Shown: one piece after another, positions 37,043 to 45,334 of the stretch
How positions within the stretch are numbered: position 1 is the stretch's first letter
Layout of the letters: each line of letters starts with the position of its first letter
Assembly (NCBI GenBank): GCA_046260675.1
Contig: JBHEOT010000006.1
Span: 11,186 to 75,185 of the forward strand
Direction of reading: 5' to 3'
DNA length: 64,000 bases
Source of the DNA: Trueperaceae bacterium
GTDB lineage: Bacteria > Deinococcota > Deinococci > Deinococcales > Trueperaceae
Position numbers and translations under genes: made by a program
The notes under the pieces: model-generated
What the model was told of the DNA's origin: nothing
Database searches by the model: none
Seen by the model: only the letters and a program-made list of their open reading frames with translations

Positions 37043-38076
37043 GCGCGCCGCTGCGCATCGGGATCATCGGCGTCGGCAGCATCGCGCGGGCGCACCACGA
37101 CGGCTACGTGGCGGCCGGCGCCGAGGTCGTCGCCCTCGCCGACGTGCACGCGCCGTCGTTGACCGCGCGCGCCGCGTCTTGGGGCGTCGACCGGACCTAC
37201 CAGGACTACGGCGCGCTGCTCGCCGACGGCGGCGTCGACGCCGTGTCGATCTGCGCCCCCACCTTCGTGCACCACCCCGCGACGCTCGCGGCCGCCGCGG
37301 CCGGCGTCCACGTGTTGTGCGAGAAGCCCATCGCCCTCGACCTCGCCGAGGCCGACGCGATGATCGCGGCGTGCCATGCGGCGGGCGTCGTCCTGATGAC
37401 CAACCACCAGCTGCGGTCGCACGGCGCCGCCGCGCACGCCAAGCGCCTGCTCGACGCCGGCGAACTCGGCGATCTCACCCACGTGCGGCTTCGGCAAGCG
37501 CACGACTGGGCGGGCAAGGAGGCGGTCGGGCCGTCCTTCGCCACCAAGTCCGTCGCCGGCGGCGGCACCCTGCTCGACAACGGCTGCCACCTGATGGATT
37601 TCGCGCGGTTCGTCGGCGGCGACGTACACGACGTTTTCGCGCGCACGGCGACGCGCAAGTTCGACGCCGAGGTCGAGGACACCGGCCACGTGTCGCTCGC
37701 CTTCGAGAGCGGCGCCATCGGTACCGTCGAGGTCGCCTGGACGGCGACGGGCTGGGAAGAGGGGTGGTGGCTGTACGGCACCCGCGGCGCGCTCGAGTAC
37801 ACGAACCGCATCGGCGGCCAGCCCCTGCTGCGGCACGTGCACCGCGCGTCGCCGGGCACCACGTGGGGCGACACCGACGTCGCCGAGCACCGCTTCGCCG
37901 GCGCCAAGCCGCACGCCCGCCACGTCCTCGCGTTCGTCGCGGCCATCCGCGGCGAGGGACCCGTGGTCTGCTCCGGTGAGGACGGCCGCGAGGCCGTGCG
38001 CCTGATCCTCGCCAGCTACGAGAGCGCGGCGCGCGGCACCCCGGTGCGCGTCGCCCAGGAGTTCGCGGCGCTCTAA
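37039..38076 (+). CDS. Gfo/Idh/MocA-family NAD(P)-dependent oxidoreductase
   Basis: IGIIGVGSIARAHH Rossmann N-terminus and CEKPIAL. AAGGAG SD, TTG start overlapping the thuA stop. Confidence 0.85.
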   Translation: MSAPLRIGIIGVGSIARAHHDGYVAAGAEVVALADVHAPSLTARAASWGVDRTYQDYGALLADGGVDAVSICAPTFVHHPATLAAAAAGVHVLCEKPIALDLAEADAMIAACHAAGVVLMTNHQLRSHGAAAHAKRLLDAGELGDLTHVRLRQAHDWAGKEAVGPSFATKSVAGGGTLLDNGCHLMDFARFVGGDVHDVFARTATRKFDAEVEDTGHVSLAFESGAIGTVEVAWTATGWEEGWWLYGTRGALEYTNRIGGQPLLRHVHRASPGTTWGDTDVAEHRFAGAKPHARHVLAFVAAIRGEGPVVCSGEDGREAVRLILASYESAARGTPVRVAQEFAAL

Positions 38077-38978
38077 CCCGCCACGCCGGCCTCGTCGGCG
38101 GCGGCCGCGACCGCCACCCGCACCCACCAGTCGGGACGACGGGCCGCCACGGCGCCTGCGAGCGCGGCGCCTGCGGCCCGGTCGGCGACGACCGCGAAGC
38201 ACGTCGACCCGGAACCGCTCATCGCGACCGGGCCGGTCGCGTGCGCGCGCAGTTCGGCCAACGCCGCAGCGACCTCCGGGACGCGCGCAGCGACCCCGGG
38301 CTGGAGCGCGTTGGCCAGCGGGCCGAAGCCGCCGTCCCGCCAAGCGTCGATCGCCTCGTCCATCGGAGCGACGTCGACCGGGGCGGCCGCCCACCACCGG
38401 TAGGCATCGGCCGCGGCCACGGGCACGCCCGGGTGCACGAGGACCACCGTCCGCGGCGGCAAGGCGAGCGGCGCCACCACCTCGCCCCGACCCCCGACCC
38501 GAGCGATCGGCACCCGCGTGAGGCAGAACGGGACGTCCGAACCGAGCGCTTCGGCCAGGGGCGCGGCGTCGAAGGGCGCCGCCGCCAGCCGCGCGGCGGC
38601 CCTGAGCGCCGCCGCAGCGTCCGCCGAGCCGCCCCCCAGACCCGCCCCCCACGGGACGCGCTTGCCGAGCACGGCGTGGACGGCGGGCAGTTCGCCAGCG
38701 AGCGCGGCGCGCACCGACGCGAACGCCCGCGCCACCAGGTTCTCGGGACCGAGCGGGAGCGCACGGTCGTCGAGCCACGCGTCGCCGACCGGGCGACGAT
38801 CGAGCCGGTCGACCGTGCCCTCAGGCGCCAGCGCCGCGTCGAGCTCGTCGGCGAGGTCCAGGTGGGCGAAGATCGAATCGAGCTCGTGGAACCCGTCCGG
38901 CCGCCGACCGACGATGCGCAACCCCAGGTTGAGCTTCGCGGGCGCGCGCTCCCGGACGCGCCGTGGAGCGGCGCTCAC
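38073..38978 (-). CDS. ispE: 4-diphosphocytidyl-2-C-methyl-D-erythritol kinase
   Basis: APAKLNLGLRIVGRRPDGFHEL and PWGAGLGGGSADAAA motifs. The GTG overlaps the ispD stop. Confidence 0.9.
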   Translation of the reverse strand: MSAAPRRVRERAPAKLNLGLRIVGRRPDGFHELDSIFAHLDLADELDAALAPEGTVDRLDRRPVGDAWLDDRALPLGPENLVARAFASVRAALAGELPAVHAVLGKRVPWGAGLGGGSADAAAALRAAARLAAAPFDAAPLAEALGSDVPFCLTRVPIARVGGRGEVVAPLALPPRTVVLVHPGVPVAAADAYRWWAAAPVDVAPMDEAIDAWRDGGFGPLANALQPGVAARVPEVAAALAELRAHATGPVAMSGSGSTCFAVVADRAAGAALAGAVAARRPDWWVRVAVAAAADEAGVAG

Positions 38979-39658
38979 GCGGTCCCCGTGGCGGCGGTGC
39001 TGGCGCGCGCCGCCCACGCCTCGGCCAGCGCCAGGTCGTCCGGCCCGGTCACCTTGAACAGGTGCGCTCCGCCCTCGACCCACGCCACGTGGGCGCCCAG
39101 GCGCCGGACCAGGCCGGCGTCGTCGGTCGCCTCCACGTCCCCACCCGCCGCGGCGTGCGCGCGCAGCAGCAGCGACCGCCGGAACGCCTGCGGCGTCTGG
39201 ACGGCGGTCAGCACGGCCCGGTCGACCGGCACCCCGTCGCGCGTGCGCACCAGGGTGTCGGCGACCGGGCGACCGACGCTGCAGGCGTCGTGGAGGCGCA
39301 CGCTCGCCACGCACGCGCGCACCGTGGCAGCGTCGAGGAACGGGCGCGCGGCGTCGTGCACGAGCACGAAGGTCGCGTCGGTCGCGTGCGCGAGCCGCTG
39401 CACGGTCGCCTGACGCGTCGCGCCGCCCGCGACGAACCGCAGCGCCGTCCCCTCGGCCGCCGCCACCGAGATACGGCGCGCCTCGTCGAGCGCGTCGGCG
39501 GGCGCCGCGACGATCAGCTCGTCGACCCAAGGTGCCAGCGCGGCCACCGCCCAGGCCAGCAGCGGACGGCCGCCCACCCGCACGAACGCCTTGGGGCCCA
39601 AGCCGAGCCGTGCGCCGGCGCCCGCGGCCGGCACCAGCGCGGCGACGGCGTCAGTCAT
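38975..39658 (-). CDS. ispD: 2-C-methyl-D-erythritol 4-phosphate cytidylyltransferase
   Basis: ALVPAAGAGARLG..PKAF and VLVHDAARPF motifs. Confidence 0.92.
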   Translation of the reverse strand: MTDAVAALVPAAGAGARLGLGPKAFVRVGGRPLLAWAVAALAPWVDELIVAAPADALDEARRISVAAAEGTALRFVAGGATRQATVQRLAHATDATFVLVHDAARPFLDAATVRACVASVRLHDACSVGRPVADTLVRTRDGVPVDRAVLTAVQTPQAFRRSLLLRAHAAAGGDVEATDDAGLVRRLGAHVAWVEGGAHLFKVTGPDDLALAEAWAARASTAATGTA

Positions 39659-40229
39659 CGTCCTTCCAGCGCGGCGCGTGTCCGTGCTCGAGCCCCAGCA
39701 GGTCCAGCGTGCGTGCGGTCACGCCGCCCACGAGCTCGGCCACGGTCTCCGGGCGGTGGTAGAAGCCGGGCGACGCGGGCATCACGACGGCACCGGCGTC
39801 GTGCACCGCGAGCATGTTCGCGAGCATCGGGCGCGAGTAGGGAGCCTCGCGGACCGTCAGGACGAGCGGGCGCCGCTCCTTGAGGCAGACGTGGGCGGCG
39901 CGCGCCACCAGGTTGTCGGTGTGGCCCTGCGCCACCTTCGCGAGCGTCCCGGCCGAGCACGGGACCACGACCATGCCGTGCGCGCGGAAGCTGCCGCTCG
40001 CGATCGGCGCACCCAGGTCGGCGTCCTTGTGCACGACGTCGGCCAAGGCCTCCAGGCCCTGCACGCCGAGATCGAGCTCGGTGGGAAGGACCTGCTTGGC
40101 TCCGCTGGTCACGATCAGATGGCGTTCGACGTTCGGCACTCGGCTGAGCGCCTCGAGCAAGTCGACGGCGTAGACGAGGCCGGAGCCGCCGCTCACGGCG
40201 ACGACGACGCGGCGTGGGGGTTGGGTCAT
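39651..40229 (-). CDS. ubiX: UbiX-family flavin prenyltransferase
   Basis: VVVAVSGGSGLVYAV, MVVVPCSAGTLAK and LVLTVREAP motifs. Confidence 0.9.
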   Translation of the reverse strand: MTQPPRRVVVAVSGGSGLVYAVDLLEALSRVPNVERHLIVTSGAKQVLPTELDLGVQGLEALADVVHKDADLGAPIASGSFRAHGMVVVPCSAGTLAKVAQGHTDNLVARAAHVCLKERRPLVLTVREAPYSRPMLANMLAVHDAGAVVMPASPGFYHRPETVAELVGGVTARTLDLLGLEHGHAPRWKDDD

Positions 40230-40234
40230 GGCCG

Positions 40235-40269
40235 ACGGTACCGCGGCGCGCCGTGGGGCGCGTTAACCT
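40235..40269. promoter_or_regulatory. two opposed -10-like boxes for leaderless-type divergent starts (ubiX operon / DUF309)
   Basis: TACCGT on the minus strand (40240-40235), 5 nt from ATG 40229. TAACCT on the plus strand (40264-40269), 6 nt from ATG 40276. Confidence 0.4.
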
Positions 40270-40275
40270 GCCGCC

Positions 40276-40614
40276 ATGGAACCCGAGTGGCGCGCCGCCG
40301 TGCGCGCGTTCGACGAGGGACGCTTCTGGGACGCCCACGAGCACCTCGAGCCGCCGTGGCTCGCGGCTACCGGTGTCGAGCGCTCGTGGACCGCCGGCGT
40401 GATCCTCCTGTGCGCCGCCCTGCACAAAGCGCGCGCGATGGGGTCGGCGCGCGGCGGCCGGCGCAACTACGCGAAGGCGCTGCGCCACCTGGTCCTCGTG
40501 CCGGACCACCATGCGGGAACCGACGTGCGCGAGCTCGAGGCGCGGGTGCACGCGGCGCTGCGGGACCCGACGTCGTCCGTGGCGTGGCCCCACGCTGCCG
40601 CAGAGGTACGTTGA
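40276..40614 (+). CDS. DUF309 domain-containing protein
   Basis: FDEGRFWDAHEHLEPPW signature. Confidence 0.75.
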   Translation: MEPEWRAAVRAFDEGRFWDAHEHLEPPWLAATGVERSWTAGVILLCAALHKARAMGSARGGRRNYAKALRHLVLVPDHHAGTDVRELEARVHAALRDPTSSVAWPHAAAEVR

Positions 40615-40620
40615 GCATCC

Positions 40621-40878
40621 ATGGAGCCCCGCACCGACCCGCTACGTCACGACCAGCGTCGCGCCCGCCGTCCGATCGGCGCCGACCGCCCCCTCGTCCG
40701 CGCCCGCCACGGCCGCGTGCTCGGCGGCGTCTGCGCGGGGATCGCCGCGTTCGTGGGCACCCGCGCGACGATCGTGCGCGCGCTCTGGATCGTCAGCCTG
40801 GTGCCCTCGCTCGGCATCACGGCGCTCGCCTACCCGGCGGCGTGGTGGCTGATCCCGCTCGCGCCGACCGAGCGCTAG
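40621..40878 (+). CDS. PspC domain-containing membrane protein
   Basis: GRVLGGVCAGIAAFVG...VRALWIV followed by a TM segment. Confidence 0.75.
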   Translation: MEPRTDPLRHDQRRARRPIGADRPLVRARHGRVLGGVCAGIAAFVGTRATIVRALWIVSLVPSLGITALAYPAAWWLIPLAPTER

Positions 40879-42227
40879 ACGAGCAGCCGGACCGGGGCGG
40901 CGAGCGCTTCGGCGACCCGCCCCAGCGCCGCCACCGCACCCTGCGCGACGTCGTCGCCGGACAGGGTCAACCAGGCGCCGTCGCCCGTGGCCCGACCGAG
41001 GGCGAGCACCGGGGCATCGAGGTGGAGCACCGCTTCGTCCAGGGCGATCGAGCTCAGGTCGGCGACGACGACCGGGGCCGTCGGACCGCCCGCACCGTCC
41101 TCGGGCGTCTCGAGCGCCGCGATGGCATCGGCGATGCGACCGTCGGTCGCCACGGGACGCAGCTGCGCCCCGTCCGCCGTCCACCACCAGCCGTCGACGC
41201 TGCTCGCATCGGGCCATGCGCGCCGCACGGCGCGTGCCAGCAGGGCCACCGAGACGGTGCTCGGCGCCGCCCCGAGCGCGTCCGAGATCTGCGACACCGC
41301 GCTCCGAAAGGCGCGATCGTCGAGCCGGCGGCGCCAGACCTGACCGTGCCGCACGAGCGCCACGTCCGCGTCGACGAGCGCATGCGCGCGCTCTTCGGCC
41401 ACGGGATCGGCCTCCTCCGCGGCGTCCCCGATGACGAAGCCCAGACCGTCGTCGACGCTCGCTTCCTCGGCGGCGAAGTCGTCCGCACGGCGACGCGCGA
41501 CGGCGTCGCCCGCAGGGCGCGGGCTCGCAGCGACCGCACGGCGATCGCTGAGGTCGAGGAACACGCCCTGATCGTCCTCCGCACCATCGAGGGATGCGTC
41601 ATCGTCGACGAACAGCGCATCGTCCGCCACGGCGGCCGGCGGGCTCTCCTCGGGCTCGAACAGGTCGGGCAGGTCCGGCGCGGTCGCCGGCCCCGCGTCC
41701 GGAACCGCGGCCGGCGCGTCGAACGCGAACACCTCGTCGTCGCCCTCCACGTCGTCGGCGCTCGGCACGACGGTCTCGCCTTGGACCTCCGGTTCGTCGA
41801 CCAGCAAGAGCCCGCCGTCGTCCTCGTCGGCCTGAGGTTCGGCCGGCATGGCCGCTGCCGCGGGCTCGTCGAACACCGGCGGGGCGTCGTCGCGACGTTC
41901 CGTCGGAGCGGCGCCCGAACCCGGCGCCTCGTCGAACAGGAACAGGTCGTCGTCGAGGGTCGAGGTCAACGAGCGGTCGACCGGCGGTGCGGCGGCGTCG
42001 GGGCGGTAGGCGGCCACGTCGGCATCGGGCCAGGCCTGCATGCCTTCGGGCACCGGCTCCGGCGTGGGGTCGAGGTCCTCTTCGCCGGCCATGACCTTGG
42101 CGAGGAAGGTCAACACGTCGCGTTCGACGATCCGACCGCCGTCGCCCGATCCCTCGAGCCGGCGCCAGTCGACGTTGTTCTCCTCGGCGAGCCGCCGCGC
42201 GAGCGGTGCGATGTCGGGTTCGTTCAC
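40875..42227 (-). CDS. E3-binding (PSBD) domain protein with acidic linker and a degenerate E2-acyltransferase-like C-terminal domain
   Basis: DIAPLARRLAEENNVDWRRLEGSGDGGRIVERDVLTFL N-terminus, then about 200 aa of D/E/A/P-rich linker. The C-terminus ...LTLSGDDVAQGAVAALGRVAEALAAPVRLLV parallels the E2 end. GAGGAGGA SD before GTG 42227. Confidence 0.7.
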   Translation of the reverse strand: MNEPDIAPLARRLAEENNVDWRRLEGSGDGGRIVERDVLTFLAKVMAGEEDLDPTPEPVPEGMQAWPDADVAAYRPDAAAPPVDRSLTSTLDDDLFLFDEAPGSGAAPTERRDDAPPVFDEPAAAAMPAEPQADEDDGGLLLVDEPEVQGETVVPSADDVEGDDEVFAFDAPAAVPDAGPATAPDLPDLFEPEESPPAAVADDALFVDDDASLDGAEDDQGVFLDLSDRRAVAASPRPAGDAVARRRADDFAAEEASVDDGLGFVIGDAAEEADPVAEERAHALVDADVALVRHGQVWRRRLDDRAFRSAVSQISDALGAAPSTVSVALLARAVRRAWPDASSVDGWWWTADGAQLRPVATDGRIADAIAALETPEDGAGGPTAPVVVADLSSIALDEAVLHLDAPVLALGRATGDGAWLTLSGDDVAQGAVAALGRVAEALAAPVRLLV

Positions 42228-42254
42228 GCGTCCTCCTCGTCCGGATCTAAGCGC

Positions 42255-42311
42255 CGCGCACCGGCGCGGCACCGGACCGATCGTTGGTCCGAGTTTACGC
42301 GCACCGGCGCG
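42255..42311. repeat. two identical 14-nt mini-hairpins CGCGCACCGGCGCG, 43 nt apart
   Basis: Copies at 42255-42268 and 42298-42311, in the gap between the PASTA gene and the E2-like gene. Confidence 0.8.
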
Positions 42312-42344
42312 AGCCGCACGCGAACGACCTCACGCCCGCGTCCC

Positions 42345-43673
42345 TCATGGCCGCCACGCCTGGAAGAACGACCCGTTGATGAACGTCTGGACGAGCGGAT
42401 CGTCGCCGACCACCCGAACGCTCAGCGAGACGCCCTCACCCGCACCGAGGTCGCGGTCGAGCACGGTGCGTTCGCCCTCGGCGTCTGCGACGACGAGCGT
42501 CAGGCGGTACGGCTCGCGCGTCAGGCTCGCCACACCCACGGAGCCTGGGTCGAAGCGGAAGGGGATCAGGCGGCTGCCGTCGGCCTGGGCCACCGTCGTT
42601 CCGGGCGCCGGCACGTCGACCGCCGCGTCGCCACCGTCGCCGTCGTCGCCGTCGGCTTCGCCCGGCACCGGACCGGCGTCGAAGCCCTCGCCCGGTGGCC
42701 GCTCGCCGCCGAAGAAGTCGAACGGTTCGAAGGGGCGGTCGTCGGCGACGGAGGGACCGTTCACCACGAGCGATACCGGCGAACCGACGACGGTGTACCC
42801 GGCCGGCCGCGCCTCGACGACGCCCTCGGGCAGCGACGGATCGTCGATGCGTTGCACCGCGCCCAGGTCGAGTTGTGCGGCCCTCAGGGTGAGTTGCGCG
42901 CGCCACAAGGGCAAGCCGGCGACGTCCGGGACCTCGACGATGCGGGTGCCTTCGAGCGCGTACACCAGCGTCACCGGGGTCGACGGGAGCACGCTCGAGC
43001 CGCCGCTGGGACGCTGATCGGTCACGGAGCGCGGACGATCGAAGCTCACGGCGGCCGCGACCTGCTCGACGTGCCGGATCCCGAGGACCTCGAGCTCCGC
43101 CACGGCTTCGTCGACGTTGCGGCCGACCACGTCGGGCAAAACGACCGGAGCGTCTCCGGGTCCCCGGCTGACCGTCAGGCCGACCCCCTCACCCGGAACC
43201 AGCACGGCCCCCGCGAGCGGCTGTTGGGCGATCACCGAACCGACCGGTCGCTCCGAACCGACGTAGGCGACCCGCTCGACGGGGACGCCCACGGCGTCGG
43301 CGCGCGCGACGGCGTCCACCTCGTCCAACCCCACGAGGGTCGGGACCGCGGCGGCTTCGGTCAACCCGTTCACGCCCAGGGCGACCACCCGGCCGGGACG
43401 CACCGTGTGCCCGGTCGCAGGGGATTGCGACACGACCTCGTTCGGCGCAGCCGCCCGGTCGACCTCGACGAACGCCCGGGGCTCCAAGCCCGCGTCGCGC
43501 ATGCGCGCGGCGGCCTCCTCGTACCCGAGCCCGATGGCGCTGGGCACGCGGATCTCGCCGACCTGCAGGTAGCCCGTCGCCACCCAGGCGCCGGCGCCTA
43601 TGAGCACGGCGAACGCGACCCCGAGCACCAGGAGGCGGAAGGCGCCGGAGCGGGCGATGCGGGTCCCGGACAT
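42345..43673 (-). CDS. membrane-anchored protein with four PASTA repeats, no kinase or PBP domain
   Basis: N-terminal TM FRLLVLGVAFAVLIGAGAWV, then four repeats of about 65 aa of the type VP.vvGl....A...l...Gl. An acidic spacer is followed by a beta-rich C-terminal domain. Confidence 0.8.
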   Translation of the reverse strand: MSGTRIARSGAFRLLVLGVAFAVLIGAGAWVATGYLQVGEIRVPSAIGLGYEEAAARMRDAGLEPRAFVEVDRAAAPNEVVSQSPATGHTVRPGRVVALGVNGLTEAAAVPTLVGLDEVDAVARADAVGVPVERVAYVGSERPVGSVIAQQPLAGAVLVPGEGVGLTVSRGPGDAPVVLPDVVGRNVDEAVAELEVLGIRHVEQVAAAVSFDRPRSVTDQRPSGGSSVLPSTPVTLVYALEGTRIVEVPDVAGLPLWRAQLTLRAAQLDLGAVQRIDDPSLPEGVVEARPAGYTVVGSPVSLVVNGPSVADDRPFEPFDFFGGERPPGEGFDAGPVPGEADGDDGDGGDAAVDVPAPGTTVAQADGSRLIPFRFDPGSVGVASLTREPYRLTLVVADAEGERTVLDRDLGAGEGVSLSVRVVGDDPLVQTFINGSFFQAWRP

Positions 43674-43798
43674 CGACGGTGAGGCTATCACGCGACCCTG
43701 AACGTTCCATGCGCGACCGCGTCGGCGTCGGGGCTCGCGACGGCGTCCACGGAAGCCGGGGCGACCGCGACCTTCGAACCGTCCGCGTAGCATCGGGC

Positions 43799-44395
43799 GT
43801 GAACCACATCGCCGTCGACGCCGCCCCGGACGCCGCCCCCGAACTGGCCTGGCTGCGCCGCGCGCAGGAGTTGGGCGTGCCCATCGCGCCGATGGCGGTC
43901 GTGACCGAGGCGGTCGAACGCGATTTCTACCGGCTCGCGCAGCTCGAGGCGCGCGTGCTCGGGCACTTCGCGAACGTCGATCCGCGTGACCCGGACGAGG
44001 ACGACCTCGAAGACCTGGCCCCCGACGTCGCCGCTTGGGTGCTGGACGCAGCGCTGCTCGTCGAGGTCGTCGAGGGGTTCTACGAGGCGCAGGCAGGCCT
44101 CTCCCCGCGGGTGCGGGTGCGCCGTTCGGGAGCGGACGGGGTGATCGCCGTGCGCGGACGGCCCGCACTGGTCGCCGTCAAGCGCACGTGGGCGGCCGCC
44201 TGGACCCCGGCGGCGATCGCCGCCCGGCTGGCCGCAGGCGGCGGTTGGATGCCCCGACCCACGCCGGTCCTCGTCCACGACGCCGACCTGAGGCCGGACG
44301 CCGATGCGGCGAGCGCGGCGTCCGCGGCCCTGGGCCGCGACGTCGACGCCTGGTCGGACGCTCGCGGTCGGTTGGCGCGGCTCGCGCTCCGCTGA
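43799..44395 (+). CDS. hypothetical protein (weak resemblance to the PEP-utilising enzyme N-terminal PPDK_N region)
   Basis: GTG 43799 has TAGCAT 5 nt upstream. VRVRRSG ... LVAVKRTWAAAW ... PVLVH is loosely PPDK_N-like. ATG 43679 is the longest alternative. Confidence 0.5.
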   Translation: MNHIAVDAAPDAAPELAWLRRAQELGVPIAPMAVVTEAVERDFYRLAQLEARVLGHFANVDPRDPDEDDLEDLAPDVAAWVLDAALLVEVVEGFYEAQAGLSPRVRVRRSGADGVIAVRGRPALVAVKRTWAAAWTPAAIAARLAAGGGWMPRPTPVLVHDADLRPDADAASAASAALGRDVDAWSDARGRLARLALR

Positions 44396-44419
44396 GGCGG
44401 ATAAACCGCCACCGCCTCA
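44393..44419. terminator. 8-bp hairpin whose arms contain both convergent stop codons
   Basis: TGAGGCGG-ataaaccgcca-CCGCCTCA. Confidence 0.4.
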
Positions 44420-45334
44420 GCGCGCCTTTGCGCGCTCCATGCCTGCGCGCTCCATGGCGTGCGCGGCGACGGCGGCCGCGCCGATCACGCCGGCGTCGCC
44501 GCCGAGCTGCGCGATCCGCAGCTCCGGGACGGCGTACCCGACCAGCGCCGCCTCGAAGGACGCCCGGACGCGGTCGAGGTAGAAGTCGCCCACCGCGATC
44601 ATGCCGCCGCCGAGCACGAATCCTTCGGGATCGACGACCTTGACCAGGTTCGCGAGCCCCAACCCGGTGAAGCGCGACGCCTGATCGACGATCGAGAGCA
44701 TCCGACGGTCCCCCGCGCGCGCCAACGCGAACGCTTGCTCCGTCGTCAACGGCCGCGACGCCACGTAACTGGCGTCGCGCGCGATCGAGCGGCCGGCGGC
44801 GAGCGCCTCCCAGGTCCCCGAATGCCCATCGCCGCCCGTGGGTCCACCGGGCAGCAGCACCATGTGGCCGATCTCGCCGGCGAGTCCGTGCGCGCCGTGC
44901 AGCACCTCGTCGCCGACGAAGAGGCCGCCGCCGATCCCGGTGGACAGCGTGACGTACACGCTCGAAGCGAAGTCGCGGGCGGCGCCGTAGCGGTGCTCGG
45001 CGTAGCCCGCCGCGTTGGCGTCGTTCTCGAGCACCACGGGCAAGCCGAGCCGCGCACCGAGCGCCTCGACGAGCGGTGCGTCCTCGAGCCCGGCGATGTT
45101 CGGGGCGAAGCGGACGCGGCCTTTCTCGAAGTCGAGCGGCCCGGGGCAGCCGATGCCGACGACCTTCACGCTGCCGTCGGCGAGCAGCGGTTCGGCCGCC
45201 GCGACGAGGGCCTCGAGCACGTCCTCGAAGCCGGTCTGCGGCGTCTCGCGGCGTCCGCGCGCGAGGACGACGCCGTCCTTGACGGTGGCGGCGGCGATCT
45301 TGGTGCCGCCGAGGTCGAGGCCGAGCGCGATCAT
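44417..45334 (-). CDS. glk: ROK-family glucokinase
   Basis: LGLDLGGTKIA, ENDANAAGYAE and GIGGGLF motifs. GGGAGG SD; ATGA overlap with ackA. Confidence 0.88.
   Translation of the reverse strand: MIALGLDLGGTKIAAATVKDGVVLARGRRETPQTGFEDVLEALVAAAEPLLADGSVKVVGIGCPGPLDFEKGRVRFAPNIAGLEDAPLVEALGARLGLPVVLENDANAAGYAEHRYGAARDFASSVYVTLSTGIGGGLFVGDEVLHGAHGLAGEIGHMVLLPGGPTGGDGHSGTWEALAAGRSIARDASYVASRPLTTEQAFALARAGDRRMLSIVDQASRFTGLGLANLVKVVDPEGFVLGGGMIAVGDFYLDRVRASFEAALVGYAVPELRIAQLGGDAGVIGAAAVAAHAMERAGMERAKAR

Noticed and set aside
39591-43682. 1363-aa ORF on the plus strand.
   Set aside because: It is antisense to ubiX, the E2-like gene and the PASTA gene. Composition is dominated by R/G/H/D, with no motifs. 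The opposite-strand genes have clear domains, SDs and start geometry.
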